Virus record (IMG/VR): IMGVR_UViG_3300035659_001009
Span: 1 to 54,023 of that record
Length of the DNA stretch: 54,023 nucleotides
Direction: 5' to 3' (one strand)
DNA from: a virus
Taxonomy: Duplodnaviria; Caudoviricetes
How positions within the stretch are numbered: the first letter of the stretch is position 1; every line of letters begins with the position of its first letter. Shown piece by piece: positions 19,304 through 27,589 of this stretch. The position numbers were made by a program, and so were the translations under genes. Under the pieces are notes generated by a model. It saw only the letters and a program-made list of their open reading frames with translations, had not been told where the DNA came from and did not search any database.

Positions 19304-20089
19304 ATGATTACAGGAATGTACGAACCCAACGAAGACGACATTGGCACCCAAGCACCAACAAGAGACGAGGAAGCAGTGGAGATGTATCTCCAAGGGATTC
19401 ATGTTGCAGACATTTGTGTCGAACTCGCCCTGAACCCACCGACTCTCTACCTTATTCTCCGGAGGGCTAGCGTACCAATCGACCGGAGAGGAGCACACCC
19501 CACAGGGTCTTCTCAGGACGCCACGCCCCGTCTGCTGCCAACCCTTGATAGGCCTTTTGGTGTTCATGATCCACGCGCAATTGGTAGACCTCCCAACTTG
19601 GTCACTGAAGAACTCCGCACTTTGATCCTTCACGACTATGAGACCTTTGGATCAGCTCGCAAAGTTGCACATCTCAATGGCCTGACGTACTGGATTGTGT
19701 TGAGGACGCTACGTGAGGAAGGAGTACCACTGTTTATTGGAGCGAAGAAGCAGCCTAGGCCCAGCATTACCGACCTCGCAGGACGGCCCTTGACTACTGA
19801 TGAGGTCTCCAGCATACAGCTAGGAATTGAAGCCGCTGCCGCTGATGACGCCGTATCGCTTGAAGACGTTGCTTTGGAATTTGGGGTAAGTCTGGCCGTC
19901 CTTACGACGATTATCTCGTTGGGCTCCGGGCCCGTTGCGGTGGTGTCAAAGAAGGAGAAGACCAAAGCGGCGCACGCAATGGCGTCGGTCTCCGTGGCTG
20001 ACACAATCACCGCGATTACAAGGGAGGTTGAGGCTAGGGTACGTCGAGATTCTTTGGTTGACTTGCAGCCTCCGCTTCTCGATGTTTGA
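19304..20089 (+). CDS. multi-HTH DNA-binding protein (probable regulator)
   Basis: Three HTH-like segments (VADICVELAL..TLYLIL, ARKVAHLNGL, LEDVALEFGVS); AGGAGG RBS. Confidence 0.65.
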   Translation: MITGMYEPNEDDIGTQAPTRDEEAVEMYLQGIHVADICVELALNPPTLYLILRRASVPIDRRGAHPTGSSQDATPRLLPTLDRPFGVHDPRAIGRPPNLVTEELRTLILHDYETFGSARKVAHLNGLTYWIVLRTLREEGVPLFIGAKKQPRPSITDLAGRPLTTDEVSSIQLGIEAAAADDAVSLEDVALEFGVSLAVLTTIISLGSGPVAVVSKKEKTKAAHAMASVSVADTITAITREVEARVRRDSLVDLQPPLLDV

Positions 20090-20202
20090 TCCTGTTTTGG
20101 GTGAATGCCCCTGAGTGACAGTAAAAATACTGTTACGGTTGTAAACCACGGGATATTGTATTCCGTGCTTTATGACCGCGCCCGTTGACCAGGGAGGCCA
20201 AC

Positions 20203-20406
20203 ATGTCAGGTAACACCAACAACCTAACCCACCTCAGCACCAACGCTTTGGTGGTGGTCCTTGGGATCCTCGATGCTACAACGCATCGATTGATCCAGGG
20301 CGGCCGGGTGAAAGCCGCCGGTGTCCTCTGGGGCATGCGACACGTAGCTTCGACAGAGCTACTGCATCGCACCGGGAAGGCTCTCGACCTGGCCCATAAA
20401 GCATAA
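20203..20406 (+). CDS. hypothetical early protein
   Basis: GGGAGG RBS, MSGNTNN. Confidence 0.5.
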   Translation: MSGNTNNLTHLSTNALVVVLGILDATTHRLIQGGRVKAAGVLWGMRHVASTELLHRTGKALDLAHKA

Positions 20407-20519
20407 GAGCAGATGCTACCTGCGAAGCTCAAGGAGCTGAGGTCGGTGTAATGCTGACTGACATTACTTGAGCTGTATCGGTGTGAAGCCGACAAGGTCA
20501 TCAAGGTATGCAACTGTGT

Positions 20520-20544
20520 AGGATTCTGTAAAGAATCCTTTATT
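20520..20544 (+). terminator. intrinsic terminator-like hairpin
   Basis: AGGATTCT-GTAA-AGAATCCT followed by TTATT. Confidence 0.5.
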
Positions 20545-20592
20545 GGTCCTGTCGGCATGAATGCTATGTAGCGTGAATGCCGACTGAGAGAT
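20545..20592 (+). repeat. 48-nt leader repeat, copy A
   Basis: Ungapped alignment with 21491-21538 and 23265-23312. Confidence 0.75.
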
Positions 20593-20611
20593 CTTGACCA
20601 GGGAGGTCAAC

Positions 20612-20800
20612 ATGACGCCATTCGTCCGAAGGGTGTATCGTGTCATCGATCGAAAGGTCGCTGACGTCCTCAATCGGGGCTCAGCAGCAATCATTACTGA
20701 GCCATTTGGAGATCGGCGGCCTGCAATCACAGCTAAGACTGTGGATCAGGAGTACGTCGACCGAATCAAGAGCCAACTGTGGGCGGAGTGGAGGGCATAA
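20612..20800 (+). CDS. hypothetical early protein
   Basis: GGGAGG RBS, MTPFVRR. Confidence 0.6.
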   Translation: MTPFVRRVYRVIDRKVADVLNRGSAAIITEPFGDRRPAITAKTVDQEYVDRIKSQLWAEWRA

Positions 20801-21021
20801 TGTGGTACTGTGCGTCGTGTGGTAAGGTGATTTGCAGAGGTCACTTCGCAATCAGCGTGCACGGGAAGCTGTTCTGCAGCGACGCGTGCGAAGCCGTGTA
20901 CGAGAGTCGAGATGTCGCCAAGGTCATCGAGGCGAACCTCGACAACGACGGGGGAAGGAGGGTAACATGCCTGAGTTCTGGTGGGAAGACGCGGACGGGG
21001 TTGTCCGCGGAGTCGTCGTAG
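20800..21021 (+). CDS. small zinc-finger protein (CxxC...FCSxxC)
   Basis: MWYCASCGK...LFCSDAC; TAATG coupling. Confidence 0.6.
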   Translation: MWYCASCGKVICRGHFAISVHGKLFCSDACEAVYESRDVAKVIEANLDNDGGRRVTCLSSGGKTRTGLSAESS

Positions 21022-21146
21022 TACGCGATGACCTAACGGCCAAGATGTTCAATGAACCGGGACACGAATACGTGTCAATACGAGTCGTCGACGAAGCTCG
21101 CCTCCACACGGCGATCGTCCGACTCGAGACCCTGGTCGCAATCTAA
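20967..21146 (+). CDS. hypothetical early protein
   Basis: AGGAGG RBS, MPEFWWED. Confidence 0.55.
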   Translation: MPEFWWEDADGVVRGVVVVRDDLTAKMFNEPGHEYVSIRVVDEARLHTAIVRLETLVAI

Positions 21147-21157
21147 GGAGGCTGAAC

Positions 21158-21412
21158 ATGTCAGTCAAAGGAACAATCATGATCGTAGTTGCTGGTGCGA
21201 TGCTCCTCATCGCCAAGGACGCGTGCCAGAGTGGAGGCGGGGGTGGCCCGGACACCTTCAATAGCGATGTCGCAACGGCCGTGCCCCTCATTGGCGCGGC
21301 CCAGGATGTGTACAGTCGCGCCATTGACGGGGCGGCCAGTGCGTATGGCGAGGGGGTCCAGGGCTCCCTGGCACAGCAGGCCTGCGCTGCCGCTCCGGAT
21401 CTTTGCAGGTAG
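21158..21412 (+). CDS. small exported/membrane protein
   Basis: TAAGGAGG RBS; hydrophobic N-terminus followed by ACQSGGGG. Confidence 0.6.
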   Translation: MSVKGTIMIVVAGAMLLIAKDACQSGGGGGPDTFNSDVATAVPLIGAAQDVYSRAIDGAASAYGEGVQGSLAQQACAAAPDLCR

Positions 21413-21490
21413 ACGCTAGTACAATTGAATAGCAGAGCGTAGTAGAGTCTACTAAGTGAGGCTCGAGTCGCTCTGCCAAAGAATTTATTC

Positions 21491-21538
21491 GGTCCTGTCA
21501 GCGGACATGGTCTGTCGTGTGAATACCAACTGAGAGAT
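21491..21538 (+). repeat. 48-nt leader repeat, copy B
   Basis: GGTCCTGTC...GTGAATACCAACTGAGAGAT. Confidence 0.75.
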
Positions 21539-21556
21539 TTCACTAAGGAGACTGAA

Positions 21557-21673
21557 ATGAAGAGGCAGATCGATCTCAAGCGTGCCGGTCGCCGGGCCGG
21601 AAAGACATTCAAGCCCAAGTATAGTGGCGGGACGCGTCGCATTGCACGAACCAAGAAACAGAGAGAAGGCTAG
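21557..21673 (+). CDS. 38-aa highly basic peptide
   Basis: TAAGGAG RBS; MKRQIDLKRAGRRAGKTFKPKYSGGTRRIARTKKQREG. Confidence 0.5.
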   Translation: MKRQIDLKRAGRRAGKTFKPKYSGGTRRIARTKKQREG

Positions 21674-21674
21674 T

Positions 21675-21923
21675 GTGTCGATCTCAGATCTGGGCAAGTT
21701 CCTGGAACTCCACAACGTAATGACCTACGGATTGCGGGGCCGTAGGGTTGCGCTAGAGACAACCCGCGTAGCATGGATTCGTAGAACCGGAACGCGAGTG
21801 ACGATCTACGATTGGACGGCCGCACTCGAAGAGGCCGGCCACGACGACACCAAAGAGGCTCTAATCCTGATGGGAGCCCAGGTGTACGATTCGCAACTTC
21901 AGACCATACCTAAGGAGGCATGA
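21675..21923 (+). CDS. hypothetical early protein
   Basis: GTG start; ends PKEA over next RBS. Confidence 0.5.
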   Translation: MSISDLGKFLELHNVMTYGLRGRRVALETTRVAWIRRTGTRVTIYDWTAALEEAGHDDTKEALILMGAQVYDSQLQTIPKEA

Positions 21924-21924
21924 C

Positions 21925-22179
21925 ATGAGTAAGAGAATCGAATTCGCCAAGATCATTCGGCTTGCCAAAGAACAAACTGGCAAGCACCGACCCTCGACCG
22001 AAGAGATCATCAAACAGCTCCACGAAGGAGGGGCATATAAGCTGATCCACCAAACCGCACTCAACGTGCTCACCAACGACAAAGACCCCATCGCCGACGA
22101 CAACTACGCCCACTACGCGGTCGAGGAGGTGATCGGATTAGCCTGCGTCGAGTATTTAGAGGACAAGCGGACCGCCTAA
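21925..22179 (+). CDS. hypothetical early protein
   Basis: TAAGGAGG RBS. Confidence 0.65.
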   Translation: MSKRIEFAKIIRLAKEQTGKHRPSTEEIIKQLHEGGAYKLIHQTALNVLTNDKDPIADDNYAHYAVEEVIGLACVEYLEDKRTA

Positions 22180-22185
22180 GGAGAC

Positions 22186-22419
22186 ATGATGGCAACAAGA
22201 ATAACACTTCAAGAACTCCACTCGTGGATTCTAGAAGCTCGAGAAATCCTATACGATGAGAAACACGAGGGCGTGACGTCACCAAAAAACCTCGTCCTTA
22301 CAGGCGAATTAGCCGACTCGTTCGTAGACGTTCTCGAAGTACAAGAATCGTTCTGCAAAGTATTAGAGGCAGTCGATAACCTTGACTGCCTCTTCCACGA
22401 CAAGTTCGATTGCCGATAA
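22186..22419 (+). CDS. hypothetical early protein
   Basis: TAAGGAG RBS. Confidence 0.6.
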   Translation: MMATRITLQELHSWILEAREILYDEKHEGVTSPKNLVLTGELADSFVDVLEVQESFCKVLEAVDNLDCLFHDKFDCR

Positions 22420-22430
22420 GGAGGCATGAA

Positions 22431-22850
22431 ATGGCAAACCGATGGTACACGAAGAAGGAAGCAATGGGGAAGTTGGGCCTCGCTCCCAACAACAACACCC
22501 AGCTGATGTCGATCATCCGGTCGCAGGAAGTCGAGTACACGTACATCTTCGACGACGTGCGACACATTCAGCGTCTGATGGTTGACGCGGACGCGATCGA
22601 CGGATACCAGATCCGCCACCGCGACCCGGACGGCGCCCACGAATGGAGCATTCGCATGACCGAGGACGCCCGCGATGCGTTCCTCAAGCTGGCGAACAAG
22701 TTCCACCCCATCGAGGAAGAGCCCACAAGAGCGCTCGCCGAGGTCATCAACGCGATCTACGACGCCGAAGACCTCACGGAGAAGCGTCGCCGCTACAACG
22801 CCAGCCGCAAGGTTGACACTGTCGCGCCCGCCAAGCTCCACGACGCCTAG
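22431..22850 (+). CDS. putative DNA-binding early protein
   Basis: TAAGGAGG RBS; WYTKKEAMGKLGL excisionase-type HTH start; biased codons. Confidence 0.6.
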   Translation: MANRWYTKKEAMGKLGLAPNNNTQLMSIIRSQEVEYTYIFDDVRHIQRLMVDADAIDGYQIRHRDPDGAHEWSIRMTEDARDAFLKLANKFHPIEEEPTRALAEVINAIYDAEDLTEKRRRYNASRKVDTVAPAKLHDA

Positions 22851-22956
22851 AACCTTCCCCACAACCAAATACATTGTAGGAGTGGAACCTACGACGACCT
22901 AAGAGTCATGAATAGGTTCCACTCACGGTTTCGAGCAGACACCTAAGGAGACTAGA

Positions 22957-23172
22957 ATGTCTAGCGTATCAAAGACACAAGGAACGTTTGGTGCAACACT
23001 GTCGGCCGCAGTCCTGCACGACATGGATGACGGCCACAAAGCCGCGATCGTTTACCAGTACCACATCGAGTTCGAGGGTGCACCAGAAGAACTCGCAAAG
23101 GCGATCGCAGCACTACCCATGGTCGAAGAAGTCGCCAAGCTTGAAATAGGAAAGGGCATCGGCGAGAGGTAG
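22957..23172 (+). CDS. hypothetical early protein
   Basis: TAAGGAG RBS. Confidence 0.6.
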   Translation: MSSVSKTQGTFGATLSAAVLHDMDDGHKAAIVYQYHIEFEGAPEELAKAIAALPMVEEVAKLEIGKGIGER

Positions 23173-23264
23173 TCTCTCCACAACTAAATAACAGATAGGA
23201 GTCACCCACTCAGGAATGATGTTGAGTGACTCCTATCGAAGACTGAAGCACAAAGAACCGATTT

Positions 23265-23312
23265 GGTCCTGTCGGCGTTCATGTTAGATAGAGTGATCGC
23301 CGGCAGGTAGAT
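23265..23312 (+). repeat. 48-nt leader repeat, copy C
   Basis: GGTCCTGTCGGC...GTGATCGCCGGCAGGTAGAT. Confidence 0.7.
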
Positions 23313-23332
23313 CTCGATAAGGAAGGTTTGAA

Positions 23333-23506
23333 ATGGCTACGAACACAGTAATGAAAGCCCTTGCAGCACTGCAAGGCAAGTACGAATGGTTCACGCTGAG
23401 CACGGGTGGCCAGTTCACCCCAAATCCACTGACCAAGGAGCAGTGGCTGGCAACAGCGTTTGGCCCCCCCAGGGAACGAAGACGCCATGAGCGACCTGCT
23501 CTGTGA
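23333..23506 (+). CDS. hypothetical 57-aa early protein
   Basis: TAAGGAAGG RBS; MATNTVMKAL. Confidence 0.5.
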   Translation: MATNTVMKALAALQGKYEWFTLSTGGQFTPNPLTKEQWLATAFGPPRERRRHERPAL

Positions 23507-23672
23507 AATTGTCAACTGGACGGTGAAGCATGCCCGCGTCGACGCAATCCTTGCAAACGTGCCGGCCGACTACGAGTGGAGCAGTGACACAGGCGACAAC
23601 CCCACGAAAGCGACGCTCGCGTGGTGGTACCTGTGGGATCAACTCACTGAGTGGACCGAGGAGGCAAAGTGA
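23487..23672 (+). CDS. hypothetical early protein
   Basis: MSDLLCEIV; GTGA overlap with next gene. Confidence 0.5.
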   Translation: MSDLLCEIVNWTVKHARVDAILANVPADYEWSSDTGDNPTKATLAWWYLWDQLTEWTEEAK

Positions 23673-23929
23673 AACTTGTCGCGTACTTCGAGAACGGAAT
23701 GGAGGGCGTCACCCTAACACCCAAACAACTTGAATTGATTCGTAGAGGCGTCGCTTGCCTCTACGAAGATCGTAAGGATGAAGCGGCTCGCATCGACACC
23801 GATCTCCACTTGACGCCACGCGAGCACCTCATCATCAGCAACGAGAACGACGCCGACATCGAAGCAATTGAGCAACTCCGTGAAATCCTATATCAACAGG
23901 AAGTCTACGAAAAGGCTAAGGAGGCCTGA
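23669..23929 (+). CDS. hypothetical early protein
   Basis: GAGGAGG RBS, GTG start; ends AKEA. Confidence 0.6.
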   Translation: MKLVAYFENGMEGVTLTPKQLELIRRGVACLYEDRKDEAARIDTDLHLTPREHLIISNENDADIEAIEQLREILYQQEVYEKAKEA

Positions 23930-23930
23930 C

Positions 23931-24140
23931 ATGAGCAAGTACGTGGACATGGAAGCAGAAGTAAAGAACGCGAGAAGGATTCGACAACTGGCGCAGGTCG
24001 TTGTGGACGCGTGGTCGCATGGCAGGACCGACATGCGATTCCATGAGTCAATGTCGAAGCTCAAAGCAGCACTGGACGCATCCAGAGTTTACGAACGACG
24101 CTGGGGCGGCGTAGTCGCAGAACAGGCTAAGGAGGCCTAA
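23931..24140 (+). CDS. hypothetical early protein
   Basis: TAAGGAGG RBS; ends AKEA. Confidence 0.6.
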   Translation: MSKYVDMEAEVKNARRIRQLAQVVVDAWSHGRTDMRFHESMSKLKAALDASRVYERRWGGVVAEQAKEA

Positions 24141-24141
24141 C

Positions 24142-24354
24142 ATGCGCAAGCAACAACTGTACAAGGACATCATCACGGCGTGCAAAGCGTACAACGCAGA
24201 GACCGACGACGAGGACGACCAGATCGTCCCGATCCACCTCGGTGACATCCCACAAGATGGGATACTAACGGCCTACGGAGAGACCCTCGTCGAGGTGGGC
24301 ATCTTAGACGAGGACACCGACGAGCAGATCGCGCTACGTAGTAGCGCCAACTAA
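24142..24354 (+). CDS. small acidic early protein
   Basis: TAAGGAGG RBS; D/E-rich. Confidence 0.6.
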   Translation: MRKQQLYKDIITACKAYNAETDDEDDQIVPIHLGDIPQDGILTAYGETLVEVGILDEDTDEQIALRSSAN

Positions 24355-24459
24355 CTAAATAGTTCGTAAGTAACAACCGACGGCTCGAGGCGTGTGCAAC
24401 TTCGAGCCGTCTCTGTTACCTACGAGCGTACGTAGGAACTGCGACCTAAGGAGGTCAAG

Positions 24460-24687
24460 ATGGCAACGTTACGTGTCAACACCGAGTTCGTCAGACGACA
24501 GGTATTCGCGTCGCAGCAGTACATACTCTTCATGAGCTACGAAGAGCTTACCCAACTCGCGGCGATAGTCGTCATCGCCACCGAGACCTTTTGGGAATCC
24601 CACGACGGCAACAACGAAGAGCATCGTGTCAAGTTCTTCCAACTCGCAAGTCTAGCAAACGAGTTGGAAGCCGCACTCAAGGCGTAA
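24460..24687 (+). CDS. hypothetical early protein
   Basis: TAAGGAGG RBS. Confidence 0.6.
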   Translation: MATLRVNTEFVRRQVFASQQYILFMSYEELTQLAAIVVIATETFWESHDGNNEEHRVKFFQLASLANELEAALKA

Positions 24688-25139
24688 CAAAGGTTAGTAC
24701 GTAAGGAGACCAAGATGGCTAGAGCACCGCCGCACTAGACGCGTCTAGTAGGATAACTGAATACGTACCCACGGCAGCCGTTGGGATCCGGGCGCAACAG
24801 CCTGAGGCGTGCCGAGCTTGGAAGGAGTACCCAGGCCACCCGTCTGCCTAGTTGCCGGCGAGATCACGGGCCCCCTCCCATCACCCATCTCGGGATGCAC
24901 CGCTTCATGACTAGGGCTCCCCCACCATGTTTACTGGATCGGTGGCTGGTTGCTGTGGCGTTGGCTGGCTGGGGTGGCACACCCCAATCTTCTCAGGGCG
25001 GACAGGGGATCGTGGCGGAGACGAGTATGTTTGGATGGCATTGCGAGGGGGGGGGAGAACATGTTTGCGTAAGCCAGCGAGGGGAGAACGGAAACAATTT
25101 TTCATAGCTTTGTAGGACCCGAAATCATGCACGGGGACA

Positions 25140-25285
25140 CATGAATGTAAAATAACTCATTGTTGTCGATGTTCATTTAAAAAAAGGAGGGGTTAGATGT
25201 AAAGTAAACGACTGGTTTAGGTCTATAGTAGAAGAAATTAAAATAAACATATACAACTATATTATATATATTATACAGTATTTCT
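25140..25285. other. AT-rich non-coding tract (candidate origin or terminus region)
   Basis: Strongly AT-rich (TATATTATATATATTATA) within a ~700-bp gap without a credible ORF. Confidence 0.35.
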
Positions 25286-25368
25286 TGGGAAGGATCCAAT
25301 CAAAAACAAAGGTCCAACGTCACAGAAACGTCAGGGTACCGTCACATAAAAATCCCTTCAAATGCCAC

Positions 25369-25397
25369 TTACGGAAATACAAAAAGTGTTATATAAT
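25369..25397 (+). promoter_or_regulatory. sigma70-like promoter
   Basis: TTACGG-17 bp-TATAAT upstream of the HNH pair. Confidence 0.5.
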
Positions 25398-25431
25398 AAA
25401 ATCATGGCGCACTCATTGCAGGGAGCTAACC

Positions 25432-25935
25432 ATGAAACAAGGTAGACCTACCCCACTTCAGTCAGCGTGGAAGAGAGCCTACTACTGGTACATGTCACTA
25501 CAGACACCAGAAGCAAAGGCAACGCTCGACCGCATCGAAGCCGAGTGCAATGCACTGGGCCTTGAGCTACCTTCGGTAACCGGGAGACACGAGTGTTCTC
25601 CCTCACGGTACAACTATCTAGCCCGTATATACAACATAGAAGGCCAAGTCACGGCTGAGGAGTGGGAGAGTCTCAAAGAACGATACGGCTATCAGTGTCT
25701 TTGCTGCCATACTGGGGACATTGTACTTGTGCCAGACTTCATCATCTCCTGGAGCAACAAGGGAACCAACACCATCGAAAACGTTCAACCACTGTGCCCA
25801 AAGTGCAATAAGCTCAAAGGTCGCCGACAGTATGACTATCGCATCCAATGGCTTACAGAAGAGGTCCGAGACATCGAAGATCGAACCAAGGTCGGGTCGG
25901 AGGCGGACATGGTTCAGCTTGAGTTGGGCCTGTGA
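25432..25935 (+). CDS. HNH-family protein, catalytic His replaced by Phe
   Basis: CLCC...VPDFII...NVQPLCPKCNKLKG. Confidence 0.8.
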   Translation: MKQGRPTPLQSAWKRAYYWYMSLQTPEAKATLDRIEAECNALGLELPSVTGRHECSPSRYNYLARIYNIEGQVTAEEWESLKERYGYQCLCCHTGDIVLVPDFIISWSNKGTNTIENVQPLCPKCNKLKGRRQYDYRIQWLTEEVRDIEDRTKVGSEADMVQLELGL

Positions 25936-25944
25936 GAGATTTCG

Positions 25945-26508
25945 ATGGCACTTAGTGACTTAGAACTAGCATTCAGGGCAGCCCGAAAACTATGGCGTGA
26001 AGACTCCTCCCCTGCGAACAAGGTCGAAATGGACCGTCTCGGGAAAGAACGAAACGCCGTGCGCATCGCAAAACAAAAGGACTCAATGGAAGCCAGTCAC
26101 AAAAGGTGCCAGGAAAGACGGGCAAAACATGAACAGGTGAAAAAGGACCGAGTTTCCACGTACCACGACCGGTGGTTAGAGGCAAGGAAACAAGTCAAAC
26201 AATGGAGAGCTGAGCACCCACGCAAGACTTACATAACCACCCAAGTACGAGCCAACGCAGCACGAAGAGCACGTAAACATGGCACTGAGGGTTCGTACAC
26301 GAACGAAGAATGGCAAACACTACTCGAGAAGTATGACAACAAGTGTATTTGTTGTGGAAAGGGAGACGAAGACCTTACTGCTGACCACGTCATACCTATT
26401 GCCGAAGGGGGAACCGACTTTATCACAAACATCCAGCCACTATGCCAGTCCTGTAACTCACGCAAGGGCACTCATCATACGGACTTTAGAAAGGAGTACC
26501 CAAAATAA
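25945..26508 (+). CDS. HNH endonuclease
   Basis: CICCG...ADHVIPIAEGG...NIQPLCQSCNSRKG. Confidence 0.92.
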   Translation: MALSDLELAFRAARKLWREDSSPANKVEMDRLGKERNAVRIAKQKDSMEASHKRCQERRAKHEQVKKDRVSTYHDRWLEARKQVKQWRAEHPRKTYITTQVRANAARRARKHGTEGSYTNEEWQTLLEKYDNKCICCGKGDEDLTADHVIPIAEGGTDFITNIQPLCQSCNSRKGTHHTDFRKEYPK

Positions 26509-26663
26509 ACAACGCATATGACAAAGATCACCCAAATTTGATGACCTTCAGTACGGTGAATCAAACAACGGTTCCTATATAATCATATCATCAAGCGCGC
26601 GCATCGCACGCGTGCCACAATCACAACAAGGGCTAGACGCCCAAAAGAGAGGATGAAGGTAAC

Positions 26664-27167
26664 ATGGACAAGGTCGATGGAAAGACGCTGTACGACATCA
26701 CGGGAGCTGCGGATTACGTAGACCTGGACACAGGCACGCTTCGCCAGCTCATGGCCAAGTTCGAGATGCAATCGGCCGCACACAAAGCGTTCGCGGCCGG
26801 CCTGGTCCCGAACGACACCCCAATCACCGGCATCAAGTCGGAATGGGCCACGTCGCTGAAGACGGGCAAGCCAGTCCGGGCCTTCCGCCTGGCCGACCTG
26901 GAAGCGTACCTGGTTCGCCCGAAGACGCAGGGTCGCAGTGGCGCGCCGGGCGGGGTCAAGTGGATGAAGGTCCAAGCCACCCCTCAGGCACTGGAAGCAA
27001 TCCGCAACATGGAAGGCGTGAAGGAACTCAAGTCCGCCTTCAACTACGACCCCGTCCGCAACAAGAAGTACCGCATCGAACGCCAGCAGAGGGCCCGCCT
27101 GGCGAAAGCCGCCAAGACCATCGTCGTGCCGAGCGCCGAAGCCGCCGAAGTCTTCGCCGCCAAGTAG
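26664..27167 (+). CDS. basic putative DNA-binding protein, probably highly expressed
   Basis: LYDITGAADYVDL HTH-like start; strong C/G third-position bias. Confidence 0.65.
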   Translation: MDKVDGKTLYDITGAADYVDLDTGTLRQLMAKFEMQSAAHKAFAAGLVPNDTPITGIKSEWATSLKTGKPVRAFRLADLEAYLVRPKTQGRSGAPGGVKWMKVQATPQALEAIRNMEGVKELKSAFNYDPVRNKKYRIERQQRARLAKAAKTIVVPSAEAAEVFAAK

Positions 27168-27330
27168 CCGACCAGTTCGCCGACGCATACACGGCCGGCG
27201 TCACACGAACTACGTCGGCCGTACAATCGAGTGTAAGTGCCAGCAGAGATGCTGGCCTTCACTCTTCACCGCCGAACCATTGGAGTTCGACGATGAAGCG
27301 TGAACAACGAGCACACTAAGGAGGTGCATC

Positions 27331-27558
27331 ATGGACCAGGAGTTGAAGTTAGTAAAGGTCAAAAGCCGCACAGGCAGTCGCGGCGACGTCCACGATACGT
27401 ACTCGCTAGTCGACGTAGTAACCAACACAACCCTCATGACCTTCAAACACTACGTTGAGTATTCGCTGGGAGAAGTTCCAGTATGTTACACCATCAAAGC
27501 GCCAGCGTCGATCGTGTCCGACGACGAGTTTGATGCGGGCGCACTCGCACCGGCTTGA
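27331..27558 (+). CDS. hypothetical protein
   Basis: TAAGGAGG RBS. Confidence 0.65.
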   Translation: MDQELKLVKVKSRTGSRGDVHDTYSLVDVVTNTTLMTFKHYVEYSLGEVPVCYTIKAPASIVSDDEFDAGALAPA

Positions 27559-27589
27559 ACCCCCTAACAACTTGTCTTTAGGTGTTGGC

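Noticed and set aside
20530-23312. Hairpin or hammerhead ribozyme reading of the leader repeat (AGAA...GUCCUGU, CUGAGAGA)
   Set aside because: Helix-2 pairing and loop B of the hairpin ribozyme are missing, and there is no CUGANGA/GAAA core
20088-24763. CRISPR array from the early-region repeats
   Set aside because: Repeats are degenerate, irregularly spaced and separated by genes; no cas operon (the Cas4-like nuclease sits in a recombination module)
22209-27188. Long antisense ORFs (22209-22874, 26583-27188, also 18127-18606)
   Set aside because: Shadows of codon-biased genes on the opposite strand; no RBS or motifs
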